From positions 85,349 to 149,348 of the IMG/VR virus record IMGVR_UViG_3300027985_000286: DNA of 64,000 nt, one strand, 5' to 3'. Both the position numbers and the translations under genes were made by a program. Positions 29,009-39,025 of this stretch are shown here, piece after piece. The notes beneath the pieces were generated by a model. The model was not told the DNA's origin and did not search any database. It saw only the letters and a program-made list of their open reading frames with translations. Position 1 is the first letter of the stretch, and each line of letters starts with the position of its first letter. The stretch is from a virus.

Positions 29009-29269
29009 ATGCCTCTGTACGATTACAAGTGTAAAAGCTGTGAGCACGAGTTCTCACAATGGCTCAAGTCTCAGGAAAACAAGCTGCCAGAATCTATGCC
29101 ATGCCCTCAGTGCGGTGAGTCTGAGGTACAACAGGTTCTCGGGGCTACGGCAATGTCTTACAGAGGTGCTACTAAGACCGTTAGTGATGATTTCAACTAC
29201 CGCGTTAAGGAGATGAAGAAGAGGTACGGTAAATCGGAGACGCAGCTGGATGGAATCACAAAGAATTGA
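29009..29269 (+). CDS. FmdB-family zinc ribbon protein
   Basis: MPLYDYKC..C.HEF...CP.CG. Confidence 0.85.
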   Translation: MPLYDYKCKSCEHEFSQWLKSQENKLPESMPCPQCGESEVQQVLGATAMSYRGATKTVSDDFNYRVKEMKKRYGKSETQLDGITKN

Positions 29270-29552
29270 CTTTGATGTGCTTTCCAAGCAGCAAAGCCAG
29301 AAGAGCCTGAAACTGTTTTTGGTTGAAGGTCTTAGACGGTTTATCTCTTCCGTGCACAGCAAAGTAGACCGCATGACATTGGATGACTTCTACGTTTCAA
29401 TAATGGATTCTGTGGGAGAGACTATAGGTCTTAGGGTAGTAGGTAAAGTCAACGAGTACATGGAAGCTAATGATCTTGTGACTGCCAAGGATGCGCTCAG
29501 ATCTTTGAATAAGTTTGTGCTGGATTTTGAAAAAGAGGTTCCTACCATTTAA
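29250..29552 (+). CDS. Hypothetical protein
   Basis: ORF in operon context. Confidence 0.6.
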   Translation: MESQRIDFDVLSKQQSQKSLKLFLVEGLRRFISSVHSKVDRMTLDDFYVSIMDSVGETIGLRVVGKVNEYMEANDLVTAKDALRSLNKFVLDFEKEVPTI

Positions 29553-29651
29553 GTCTTGCAAGTACCAGTTTTAGGTGTTAAAATTAGCTATTGCTGAGCT
29601 CTTTTATAAAATGAAAGGTCAAAACAATGAACAAACAAGGAGTGAGCTCAA

Positions 29652-30176
29652 TTGGAAAAAGCACTTGTTACCGTTCGAGCGAGGTTGGTTTTACTAGAAG
29701 CTGATAGAATTTGGCAAGATGTTTTGGGTGGTAGTACCTTTTCCAGACAAGCAAAAATTGAGTTTTTTAGAGATTCGCCCTTCTCTGGGATAGCGTACCC
29801 TTGGGACATGAAGGTGAGCTTCAACCTCGATTACGTCGAGTGTTATGGCATCAAAGCCTTCAATGACACCATTATCCACGAGATTTCCCACCTTGTAGCT
29901 GAAACCATCTACGGTGATTCTATCACCGACCATCATGGAAAGGAGTTTGTTGACTGCTGCACTAAGCTAGGAGGTACGGGTGTGGCTCATCACACCTTTG
30001 ACATCCAGACTTCTTTGAATCGAAAGGCTTTTAAGAAGCACTACACTTCACTATCCTGTCCTCATTGCAGAAGCAAAACCTTCATCCGTAGTAGCGATGC
30101 CAGGAGAGTCCTTTACAATGGTTGCCTTGTGTCTTGCCAGCATTGCGGTGTGAACTTTACGTACCAACAGAGGTAA
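29652..30176 (+). CDS. SprT-like zinc metalloprotease
   Basis: HEISH, HHGKEF, C-terminal CxxC...CxxC. Confidence 0.8.
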   Translation: MEKALVTVRARLVLLEADRIWQDVLGGSTFSRQAKIEFFRDSPFSGIAYPWDMKVSFNLDYVECYGIKAFNDTIIHEISHLVAETIYGDSITDHHGKEFVDCCTKLGGTGVAHHTFDIQTSLNRKAFKKHYTSLSCPHCRSKTFIRSSDARRVLYNGCLVSCQHCGVNFTYQQR

Positions 30177-30178
30177 CC

Positions 30179-30679
30179 ATGTTTAATCTATACACCAAGC
30201 TTGACCGTTTCTTTAGCTCTGTGAAAGGCATGATAGATAGCCACCAGTCCCTTAGAGAAGAGTACGACCAGAAAACGATAAAGGGTATGGGTGGTTACTC
30301 CTACGTGAACAGAGTCTGCACGCTGGGGTTTCAAGTACCAAGGTCTCTTGGTACAACAACGTTCCTAAAAAATCTAATTAACTCGAATTACTTTGGTGAC
30401 CGTGAGGTGTTTGTTTCACCTCATAATGATCAAAGGTACGATAGGATGTTTCATAACCAGGACGTCCTATGGAAGAAAAGCAAAGGTCCTTCCTTCAACG
30501 TTGAATCGTGGTTTAGCGGCAAGCGATTTGAAAAGGGTGTTGTGTTCATTTTCACTGAATACAACCCTCAGCATGTAGAAGCACATCGTAAGTCTCAAAT
30601 CGATTCTATTCTTATTCAGCTAGGAAGACTTGCTGATAGCGGTATGAAAGACATTACTGTTCTTTTCTTTTCAAGTTGA
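30179..30679 (+). CDS. Hypothetical protein (degenerate P-loop-like)
   Basis: PRSLGTTT; GAGG RBS. Confidence 0.55.
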   Translation: MFNLYTKLDRFFSSVKGMIDSHQSLREEYDQKTIKGMGGYSYVNRVCTLGFQVPRSLGTTTFLKNLINSNYFGDREVFVSPHNDQRYDRMFHNQDVLWKKSKGPSFNVESWFSGKRFEKGVVFIFTEYNPQHVEAHRKSQIDSILIQLGRLADSGMKDITVLFFSS

Positions 30680-30686
30680 GGCAATC

Positions 30687-31637
30687 ATGGATATTCGTTA
30701 CGGTAGAAAGCGTTCTGGCATTCGTAGAGAAGTTCAGGCAAAGGTTAATGACTGGCTAGAGTCTATCAAAGATGAGGATCTGCGCGAGGCTGCAGAGAAG
30801 GATGTGATTGTGACTGGTGGCGCAATTGCTTCCATGCTCTTAGGTGAGCGCGTTAATGACTGGGATTTCTACTTTCGTACCAGGGAAACGACAAGGGCAG
30901 TTGCTGACTACTATGTCAATATGTTCAATGAGGCCCATAAGCTAGAGGTCAGCAAGGGAGTTAAGAACTGTCAGCCTCTTGTTAGAGAAGAGGATATTAA
31001 GAACATCCGCGGAGAATCAGAAAGGCGAGTTGTAATCTTCATTCAGTCTGCAGGTGTTGCCTCAGAGACACAAGAAACATACTCCTACTTTGAAGGTATG
31101 GGCGTTAACGATGCAATGGACTTTGCAGAGACCGCAATCAAAGAGCGGGAAGAAGAGGAGAAGGGAGAGAAGTATCGCCCGGTATTCATGTCTCAGAACG
31201 CTATTACACTGAGCAACAAGGTTCAGCTAGTTACCCGGTTCTACGGAGAGCCAGAAAAGATTCATGATAACTACGACTTCATCCACGCAACCAGTTATTG
31301 GGACCACGCCAAGAAAGAACTTGTGATTCCTGCTGCTGCGATGGAGTCACTTCTCAGTAGAACTCTAGTGTACCGAGGTAGTCTCTACCCTGTTGCTAGC
31401 ATCTTTCGAGTCAAGAAGTTCATTGAGCGGGGATGGAGAATTACTGCAGGCCAACAGCTCAAGATCATGTGGCAGATTAGTGAGATTGATCTATCTGATT
31501 ATGATGTCATGAGAGAACAGCTTACGGGAGTTGATATGGCCTATATGTGGCAGTTGATTGAAGCTCTAAAGGGAGTTGAACCAGACAAAGTCAACTCTTC
31601 GTACATTGGGGCAATCATCGATAAGATATTCGATTGA
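30687..31637 (+). CDS. Pol-beta-type nucleotidyltransferase-like protein
   Basis: VTGGAIAS......NDWDFYF, YDFIH, R..KF..RGW. Confidence 0.7.
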   Translation: MDIRYGRKRSGIRREVQAKVNDWLESIKDEDLREAAEKDVIVTGGAIASMLLGERVNDWDFYFRTRETTRAVADYYVNMFNEAHKLEVSKGVKNCQPLVREEDIKNIRGESERRVVIFIQSAGVASETQETYSYFEGMGVNDAMDFAETAIKEREEEEKGEKYRPVFMSQNAITLSNKVQLVTRFYGEPEKIHDNYDFIHATSYWDHAKKELVIPAAAMESLLSRTLVYRGSLYPVASIFRVKKFIERGWRITAGQQLKIMWQISEIDLSDYDVMREQLTGVDMAYMWQLIEALKGVEPDKVNSSYIGAIIDKIFD

Positions 31638-31649
31638 GCACAGCCTGGT

Positions 31650-31904
31650 ATGGACAGAGATCTGCAAGCGTTGATCAACCAAACGATCTTTGAGAACGAA
31701 GAGCTCAAAAAGGATAAGCACAACCTTGAGTTAAAGGTGCGTGGTTTACAGAAGAGTCTTGCTAGGGCGTGGTTTTATGCCCTAGAAGATATAATAGATG
31801 ATATGGAGAAGGATTTGGCTTTCAGAGAAGAACTACGCCCTTTAGTCGAGAAGATTGTAGAGTTTGAGCACAGCAAGATAAAGGTTGAGCGGTGTTTTTT
31901 GTGA
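31650..31904 (+). CDS. Hypothetical coiled-coil protein
   Basis: ORF. Confidence 0.55.
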   Translation: MDRDLQALINQTIFENEELKKDKHNLELKVRGLQKSLARAWFYALEDIIDDMEKDLAFREELRPLVEKIVEFEHSKIKVERCFL

Positions 31905-31968
31905 CGATGTCTTGAAGTCTACTCGTGTCGGTGCTAAGCTATAGACACACTAACAAGGGTACTACACT

Positions 31969-32235
31969 ATGTCACGCAGAACTAACAAACAGATCCTCAA
32001 GCACGTTTGCCGTGTTACCCTTATCATGGACTTCAGCAACTACACTCTCTTGGATTGGATGGATGATGAAGACGTCCAGAAGATGCACAAGATGAAGGAC
32101 GAGGGGCTGATCCAGTACGTTGAAGGTAAGGGTTGGCGAGCAACTGCTGGTGGGCTAGTTCGGTGTTACCCGATGATGAGCACAGACCTTCTCAAGGTTT
32201 ACATTGAGGCAGATGAACGGAACGGGGTGGCTTGA
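31969..32235 (+). CDS. Hypothetical early protein
   Basis: Promoter TTGAAG-N17-TAAGCT upstream; terminator downstream. Confidence 0.65.
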   Translation: MSRRTNKQILKHVCRVTLIMDFSNYTLLDWMDDEDVQKMHKMKDEGLIQYVEGKGWRATAGGLVRCYPMMSTDLLKVYIEADERNGVA

Positions 32236-32251
32236 CCACCCCCTTTCTTTT
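32224..32251 (+). terminator. Rho-independent terminator
   Basis: GGGGTGG-cttga-CCACCCC followed by a T-rich tract. Confidence 0.7.
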
Positions 32252-32297
32252 CTGTTACAGTAAACCACGACATTACAAGTAATCTTGGAGGTTGACG

Positions 32298-32681
32298 ATG
32301 GACACCATCGTATACATTGCTATCGACAAGCTCTACACTGCTGATGACTTCAACGTTGGTGACGAGGTTGTTTTGGCGTATCTCTTTCCTGGTAACGTGA
32401 AAGGCGAGTACACTTTCAACCCTTTGGCTCATAACAGAAAGGTTTTCCCTGACCACGAATGCAGGGGTAAGATAATTAAGAAGATTGGTGACCGTGTTCA
32501 CGTGGATAGTGACGACTACCCTATCACGGTTGGTCATACCTGTGGAAAGTTTGATTTCAGCCCGTTTATTGCAGCGTTTCCGGTGGACGTTGCAAAAGAG
32601 ACCTACCGCAAGTTCTTGGAGGCTCAGCCTAATTCCTATGTAAAGCGAGAGCTTATTGATACCTGCGTCAATGGACTGTAA
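32298..32681 (+). CDS. Hypothetical protein
   Basis: GGAGG RBS. Confidence 0.65.
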   Translation: MDTIVYIAIDKLYTADDFNVGDEVVLAYLFPGNVKGEYTFNPLAHNRKVFPDHECRGKIIKKIGDRVHVDSDDYPITVGHTCGKFDFSPFIAAFPVDVAKETYRKFLEAQPNSYVKRELIDTCVNGL

Positions 32682-32697
32682 AGGAGACCCATCAGAT

Positions 32698-32904
32698 ATG
32701 GCAAGAAATAGGAAAGATTTCGTCAACGGTTGCCCCGGAGAAGAAGAGGGAGCGCACGACTACCTAAAAGAGGTTCTTGATGAGATTGAGAACAGAGTCA
32801 ACTTAATCAAGGATCTTTTAGAAAACATCAAAGGCGTGCGTGACCTAGGTCAAGCGGAAGATGCTATGAGAGAGCTTGATGACCTTTCAGAGGATCTGTA
32901 CTAA
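32698..32904 (+). CDS. Hypothetical acidic protein
   Basis: AAGGAG RBS. Confidence 0.6.
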   Translation: MARNRKDFVNGCPGEEEGAHDYLKEVLDEIENRVNLIKDLLENIKGVRDLGQAEDAMRELDDLSEDLY

Positions 32905-32913
32905 GGAGGCTAT

Positions 32914-33138
32914 ATGAAAGAGGTGGTGTTGCCATTTGCAAGTGCCTTCAGGTTGGCGGTCAAGGAAAACATCGAACGAGATCAGAGGAAGGGGTTGATC
33001 TCTAAGGTTCACGGTGACGTTGCTGACCTCTACGAAGAGGAAGCACGGGATGTACTAATTCGTACAGGGGCGAACTACAAGCCTGAGTACCCTGATCACC
33101 ATTTCATTAAGGTAGAGGGGTTTATTGATGAACGTTAG
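32914..33138 (+). CDS. Hypothetical protein
   Basis: AAGGAGG RBS. Confidence 0.65.
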   Translation: MKEVVLPFASAFRLAVKENIERDQRKGLISKVHGDVADLYEEEARDVLIRTGANYKPEYPDHHFIKVEGFIDER

Positions 33139-33334
33139 TTTGGTTATACCTAAGTCCACTTTTGACCAATTTCGTAAATCTAACCCCAATCTTCGGTGGG
33201 GTCAAGAATTCTACACGTTTATGCAACTGCATAAGGTTAAGTCTGAACGTGTCTTTTTCGACAGGTTGTATAACGAACAGTCCGACGAAGTAGCCAAGAA
33301 GATGGTATTAAGCATAGTAGACCACACCCAGTGA
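33125..33334 (+). CDS. Hypothetical protein
   Basis: P.LR.GQ.F motif common in phage small proteins. Confidence 0.6.
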   Translation: MMNVSLVIPKSTFDQFRKSNPNLRWGQEFYTFMQLHKVKSERVFFDRLYNEQSDEVAKKMVLSIVDHTQ

Positions 33335-33580
33335 CTGGGAGGTTGGTGTTGACGATGAAGCAATTGTATCTGGTGACTACACTCTAGTGAAGAGTTTTGG
33401 CATAGGTACAAAGGACTCGAAGACGAGGTACAGCCTTATGATTTTCGATAATGATAAGAAGGTTGTAAGGTGAAACCAGATACTCCTCTAGTACAGGAGT
33501 AGGGGTTAAATAATCTTGCTAGAGGAGTTCTAGCTTAGTACAATACGTGTAACTAGCAGTTCACTACATTGGGGAGTCCA

Positions 33581-34621
33581 ATGATGCAAAGTAAGCCTTA
33601 TGACCTTATCGTTTACATCGGTAGGTTCCAACCTTTTCACTTTGGTCACTACAAGGTTGCGCGCTACGCGCAAAGTATTTCAGAGAACCTTCTGATTCTG
33701 ATTGGTTCTTCTGAGTCTCCTAGAACACCCAAGAACCCCTGGACATTCTTAGAAAGGGCTGAGATGGTACGCTGTTTACCATCACTGAACCTGTACATCA
33801 GACCCGTTCCGGATGTCATGTACGATGATTCAGCTTGGGTTGCCATCGTTGATGGCTGCATTGAAGAAATCAAGAGCCGAACTAATGCCAAGAAGATTGG
33901 CATTATAGGTTTCAATAAGGACGAGTCCTCCTATTACCTAGACTACTTCAAACAGCGGACGACATTTGTCCAGGCTCCTGAGTTTTCTGCAGGTGACCAA
34001 CCGCTGAGCTCTACTGACATCAGGTCGTCTATGTTCAACGGTCTTCACGTCTTCACTAAGTCCGTTCTTCCGATTGATGTGTACTCCAAGTTCGTCGAGA
34101 ATTTCGTCAAAACGTACCACTTCGAAGATCTGAAGAAGGACTACCAAGCTGTTTCGGATTACAAGAAGGCTTGGGCTAACAGTCCGTACCCACCAATTTT
34201 TACGACGGTTGACTGTGTTGTCGTACAGTCTGGCCACATCCTCTTGGTAAAAAGAGGAGCGTACCCTGGTAAGGGTTTGTGGGCATTGCCTGGCGGTTTT
34301 GTTAACCAGAATGAGCATATCCTGGATGCTGCAATCCGAGAGCTCAGAGAAGAGACTGGATTGCACGTTGCGGAAAAGGTTCTGCGCGGATCTATCCGAA
34401 AAGTAAAGGTGTTTGATAACCCGGATAGGTCAAGTAGAGGAAGAACCATCACTCACGTACATGGTATCCGTTTGGACGACAAGAAGGACCTTCCAAGGGT
34501 TACCGGTGGTGATGATGCAGTAGAGGCAAAGTGGTTTTCTTTCGGCGAGTTCTACGGTATGCAGAGAGTGATGTTCGAAGACCACTATTTCATCGGCCGT
34601 TCAATCGTAAGTCAAATCTAA
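33581..34621 (+). CDS. nadM: Bifunctional NMN adenylyltransferase / ADP-ribose Nudix hydrolase
   Basis: IGRFQPFH.GH, IGS, KNP, KD.SS.YL; Nudix box ALPGGF......AA.REL.EETGL; FEDH. Confidence 0.95.
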   Translation: MMQSKPYDLIVYIGRFQPFHFGHYKVARYAQSISENLLILIGSSESPRTPKNPWTFLERAEMVRCLPSLNLYIRPVPDVMYDDSAWVAIVDGCIEEIKSRTNAKKIGIIGFNKDESSYYLDYFKQRTTFVQAPEFSAGDQPLSSTDIRSSMFNGLHVFTKSVLPIDVYSKFVENFVKTYHFEDLKKDYQAVSDYKKAWANSPYPPIFTTVDCVVVQSGHILLVKRGAYPGKGLWALPGGFVNQNEHILDAAIRELREETGLHVAEKVLRGSIRKVKVFDNPDRSSRGRTITHVHGIRLDDKKDLPRVTGGDDAVEAKWFSFGEFYGMQRVMFEDHYFIGRSIVSQI

Positions 34622-34634
34622 GGGGAGCCCGAAG

Positions 34635-36035
34635 ATGCGCGTTAATCCTATTCTTAATACTGATAGTTACAAGTACAGCCACTACCTGCAATATCCGCCA
34701 AGAACCCAGTACGTTACTTCGTACATCGAAGCCAGAGGGTCTTACGACCCTGACTATAACGAAACTGTTTTCTTCGGATTGCAAGCATTCCTTATGGAAT
34801 ACATGATGCAACCGATCACTATGTTTGACGTGATGGAAGCCAATTTCATCGTGTCAGCGCATGGTGAGCCCTTTAACCTGGAAGGTTGGAAGAAGATCGT
34901 AAACAAGCACGGCGGTTTCCTCCCTGTCAAGATTGAGGCGGTACCGGAGGGCACTGCTGTTCCTCTGCGCAATGTCCTGGTGCAGGTGACCAACACTGAT
35001 CCAGAACTCCCTTGGGTGACTACCTTTGTTGAGACTGCAATCCTCAGGGCAGTGTGGTACCCCTCAACCGTGGCCACCATTAGCATGAAGATTCGCAACA
35101 TGCTCAAAGAGTATGCAGCGAAGTCTGGTTCTGTTGAAGGTGTTGACTTCAAGCTACACGATTTTGGAGCAAGAGGCGTTTCGTCTAACGAGTCTGCAAT
35201 GCTCGGAGGCTTGGCCCATCTTGCTACCGGGGCGATGGGGACTGACACCGTCATGTCATTGGTCGGTGCTCTGAACTACTATGACCAGCCAGATGCTGGG
35301 TTTTCAATTCCAGCAGCAGAGCACAGTACCATCACTTCCTGGGGCCCTGACCACGAGATTGATGCGTATCGGAACATGCTCCAGCAGTTCGCCAAGCCTG
35401 GGTCCCTTGTAGCGGTTGTTTCTGACTCGTACAATATCTGGAATGCAGTTGACAATCTCTGGGGCGAAGAGCTCAAGAAGGATGTCATCAATAGCGGAGC
35501 AACTGTTGTTGTTCGCCCAGATAGCGGTGACCCAACTACCGTACCGGTTGAGGTGATAGAAAGACTGATGCTGAAGTACGGTTATACCGTGAACGAGAAA
35601 GGGTACAAGACTCTTCCGAAGTGCATTCGAGTTATCCAAGGTGACGGAATCAACAAGGATTCTATCAAGCAAATCCTTGCGAATATGGATGACAAGAAGC
35701 TTTCGCTAGACAACATCGCGTTTGGTATGGGTGGTGCGTTGCTCCAGAAGATGGACAGAGATACGTTCATGTGGGCAATGAAAGAGAGCAACATTGTCGT
35801 TGATGGCAAGTCCCGTGACGTTTTCAAGAGCCCTGTAGGCGACGCAGTGAAGGCATCCAAACGCGGACGTTTGAAGCTGGTGCGTAACCCTCAGAACAAT
35901 ATGTTCACTACCATGAAGGAGTCTGTTGTGCACTTTGCTGGTGATGTGTCTGTCATGCGTGATGTCTACGAGGACGGTGTTCTCTACAACAAAACTACAC
36001 TGAAAGAGGTTCGTGCGACTGCAAATGCTTCTTGA
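34635..36035 (+). CDS. nadV: Nicotinamide phosphoribosyltransferase
   Basis: TDSYK.SH..QYP, LHDFG.RG, SIPAAEHS, VSDSY, VRPDSGDP, IQGDG, FG.GG.L. Confidence 0.97.
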   Translation: MRVNPILNTDSYKYSHYLQYPPRTQYVTSYIEARGSYDPDYNETVFFGLQAFLMEYMMQPITMFDVMEANFIVSAHGEPFNLEGWKKIVNKHGGFLPVKIEAVPEGTAVPLRNVLVQVTNTDPELPWVTTFVETAILRAVWYPSTVATISMKIRNMLKEYAAKSGSVEGVDFKLHDFGARGVSSNESAMLGGLAHLATGAMGTDTVMSLVGALNYYDQPDAGFSIPAAEHSTITSWGPDHEIDAYRNMLQQFAKPGSLVAVVSDSYNIWNAVDNLWGEELKKDVINSGATVVVRPDSGDPTTVPVEVIERLMLKYGYTVNEKGYKTLPKCIRVIQGDGINKDSIKQILANMDDKKLSLDNIAFGMGGALLQKMDRDTFMWAMKESNIVVDGKSRDVFKSPVGDAVKASKRGRLKLVRNPQNNMFTTMKESVVHFAGDVSVMRDVYEDGVLYNKTTLKEVRATANAS

Positions 36036-36091
36036 CCTCCAGGGTGAGAAGCGTTATAATGAGCAAATTGTAAAGAGGAGGGTTACTCAGG

Positions 36092-39025
36092 ATGAAGGTT
36101 GCTTTTGACGACTCAGAAGTGCTGATTAGTGGAGAGAGAGAAACGCAGGATTTTCGGTTCAAGGCCTCTGGCCATGCGTTTAAGATTATGTCAGACACGC
36201 TGTACTCTGACAAAGTCAGGGCAATCATTCGTGAGTTGAGTACCAATGCTTGGGACTCGCACAAGGACGCAGGGAAGGAGGACGTCAAGTTTGACGTCCA
36301 CTTCCCTACGATCTTTGATCCCTACTTCTACGTGAGAGACTACGGCACCGGGTTGTCACATAGTGATGTGATGAACCTCTACACCACATTCTTTGAGTCT
36401 ACCAAGACAAACAGCAACGACTTTGTGGGCGCGTTGGGGCTGGGCTCTAAGAGTCCTTTTGGGTACACTGACCAGATTGTGGTGGATAGCTGGTTTGATG
36501 GGAATCACCGTAGTTACTCTACGTTCATAGGAGACGCCGGTATTCCGAAGTGTGTTCTTCTATCCACCAAGAAGTGTGATCCTGATGAGACGGGTATCAA
36601 GGTAACTATTCCTGTGGAAGAGAAGGACTGCCATTCTGGTGGCGTTTTCTTCCAGAAGGCTCTTTTGGTATTCCCTGTGTTTGAGGTTTTGCCTAATCTA
36701 CTAAACCTCGAGAAGAACTACTTAGAGCAGATCGAAGAGGATCATCGGTTGTTCTGGGAAGAGTGTCCAAAGCTAGGAGAATCAGAGTACACCAAGAACA
36801 CCTTGAACTTCCATAAGATTAGCGCGTTTCCTTGGTACGTAAGACAGGGTAACGTCATTTACCCTGTCAGCGTTAACGACATCAAGATTAACGATGATAA
36901 CGCCGAAAAAGAGAAAGACACCAAGCAGTTGGTTGAATGGTTTAGCAAGTATCTTTTTTCCGTTCTAGGTACCAACAGGTACTCGAGCAGTCATGCTTGC
37001 TTGATATCAAACGTCGAAATCGGACAGGTATCTGTCGCCCCTTCTAGAGAGGCTTTGAGTTACGACGACGTTACGTCAAGTTTCATTATGAGTCAAATCA
37101 GTAAAGTTACTCAAGCCATGGTTGATTCTTATACAGAATCGTATCGTGCGTACGAGAACCCAGATGATTTGTTTGCTGCAGTAAGCGAGCTGAAAAGAAA
37201 GGTTGTTGTTGTTCCGGAATGGCTTGAGACTAGAGTAGCTGAGTCACCTTACAAAGCCGACGGCCTTGATAAATGGCTGATGCTCAGCCTTACTAACAAG
37301 TTCCCTCAGTTTTCCAAAAATTATCAAGGAACTATCGTCGAGACTGTCTCTGAGGTTTTGTGTAACACTATCCCTGACAGTCTAAGGCAAGATGTTTTGA
37401 TCAAGCCTAAGGATCATGTTATTGAGGCCATGGTCTCCGGAGGAGTCGAACCCAGAGTCATAGAAAAGACATCAAAGGGCACATCTACTCCTATACTCTT
37501 CAATCTTCACGAAGTGAGCTCTAAGGAATCGTACAACTCGAAAGATTCATACCCTACCTACAACGGTTACGGTAGTAGTGTTAGCTCTATTATGAGCCTT
37601 AGGACTCGACTCAGTAACGAAAAGAAAAACTACCCTAGCAACAAGAAAGAGATAGTTACAGTAATTCTTGTTGATGACTTCAAGACCATCAGCGCTGGTA
37701 ATAAGATCGCAAAGCTCATTAGAGACTACTCAGACGATCTTATTCTGTGCGGAGAGATTTTTGTTTATCGACCTGCAAACTCGTCGATTAGAGGTTACAA
37801 AGATAATCTGAAGATGGTAGGTACTACCGGGTCATCGTATATAGAGCAGGATATTGACGCTGACAAGGTGTACCAGTACTTCAAGGACACTGTTGTTCCT
37901 GTGATGGAATGGATCACTGGTGGAAAGGCAGTTATTTACTCTGATATCATCGAAGGCCTTGAGAAGAAACGCCGCGATGAGATGAAGAAGGCTAAAGCTG
38001 CGTCCAACCAGAATACTTTCCCTGTGAAGTGTCTGGGTGTTGGTAAGAGTGCGTGGTCGACTGGAGTAGAGGATATTCTGGAGTACGCGCGTAAGCACCA
38101 AAATATCTTTGTGGTGTACACAAAAGGTTCAATGTACCATTTCATCGACGGCGTAAAGGAATCTATTGCTTATAGCTCAGGTACCGAGATCATTGAACGG
38201 TTCCGAAGAGCGTTCAATTTCAAGGATAAGGTATTCTTCCTTAACCAAGTAGATACTAAGTCTGTCAAAAAGGCGGGGCTGGCTGACAGGTTGATTAATT
38301 TCTACGATTGGATGTCTGTAACGTTTAGCACGTTCTCCGAACGGCACCCGTTGGCGTATGCCATGGCAAGGATTGGTCCGTCCAAACAGCCAGTGTCTCA
38401 TAGAATCGTTCAAAGGGCTGCATCTCTTATTAGCGATGACTTCTTCGTTAAGAACTTCGAAGAACTTTTCGGTCATAGCGGTTTAAGACTTAAGAACTCT
38501 TCTGTGATCGATACGTTTATCAAAAAGGCTTCAGTCTTCAGGCTAGTACCTGAAGAAATGAGTCCTCTAGGTAAACCAAGTGCAACGTCGGTAAGAAACG
38601 CATCTTCATTGATTACAAAGGATACTCTTGCTGATGAGGTCGGAGAGGCTGCTGCCAACCTTGACATGCTGAAGAAGGTGAAGGACAAGATTAGGTTCTT
38701 CGTTAATCATCGGTACGAGTTGCTAAGCTTGAATAGTGTAACCAAGTCCAACAGGTTTATGCCAAGGAGCAAGATCGCGTCTGATATCAAAGACTCTGCA
38801 AATAAGGTGATTCAGCTAGTAAAAGGTGAGCCAAGCCAGATGGGTGGGTTCTTGCACAAGGTTTATGAAAGGTACCCTCTCTTGAACGGTGTTGTGGTGT
38901 CAGCCATACCAGAAGATTTAGTCTTAGACCACATGAAGTTTTACATTTCAGCGGTTGACAAGGCTGCAGAATGCGTGCAAAATACGCAGACCCTAAACAA
39001 AGGAGACGAGAATGTCACTCTATGA
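36092..39025 (+). CDS. rIIA: RIIA protein
   Basis: LYSDK..A..REL..NA.D, DYG.G, STK..SN...G..GLGSKSPF.Y; promoter TTGACC-N17-TATAAT at 36032. Confidence 0.93.
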   Translation: MKVAFDDSEVLISGERETQDFRFKASGHAFKIMSDTLYSDKVRAIIRELSTNAWDSHKDAGKEDVKFDVHFPTIFDPYFYVRDYGTGLSHSDVMNLYTTFFESTKTNSNDFVGALGLGSKSPFGYTDQIVVDSWFDGNHRSYSTFIGDAGIPKCVLLSTKKCDPDETGIKVTIPVEEKDCHSGGVFFQKALLVFPVFEVLPNLLNLEKNYLEQIEEDHRLFWEECPKLGESEYTKNTLNFHKISAFPWYVRQGNVIYPVSVNDIKINDDNAEKEKDTKQLVEWFSKYLFSVLGTNRYSSSHACLISNVEIGQVSVAPSREALSYDDVTSSFIMSQISKVTQAMVDSYTESYRAYENPDDLFAAVSELKRKVVVVPEWLETRVAESPYKADGLDKWLMLSLTNKFPQFSKNYQGTIVETVSEVLCNTIPDSLRQDVLIKPKDHVIEAMVSGGVEPRVIEKTSKGTSTPILFNLHEVSSKESYNSKDSYPTYNGYGSSVSSIMSLRTRLSNEKKNYPSNKKEIVTVILVDDFKTISAGNKIAKLIRDYSDDLILCGEIFVYRPANSSIRGYKDNLKMVGTTGSSYIEQDIDADKVYQYFKDTVVPVMEWITGGKAVIYSDIIEGLEKKRRDEMKKAKAASNQNTFPVKCLGVGKSAWSTGVEDILEYARKHQNIFVVYTKGSMYHFIDGVKESIAYSSGTEIIERFRRAFNFKDKVFFLNQVDTKSVKKAGLADRLINFYDWMSVTFSTFSERHPLAYAMARIGPSKQPVSHRIVQRAASLISDDFFVKNFEELFGHSGLRLKNSSVIDTFIKKASVFRLVPEEMSPLGKPSATSVRNASSLITKDTLADEVGEAAANLDMLKKVKDKIRFFVNHRYELLSLNSVTKSNRFMPRSKIASDIKDSANKVIQLVKGEPSQMGGFLHKVYERYPLLNGVVVSAIPEDLVLDHMKFYISAVDKAAECVQNTQTLNKGDENVTL

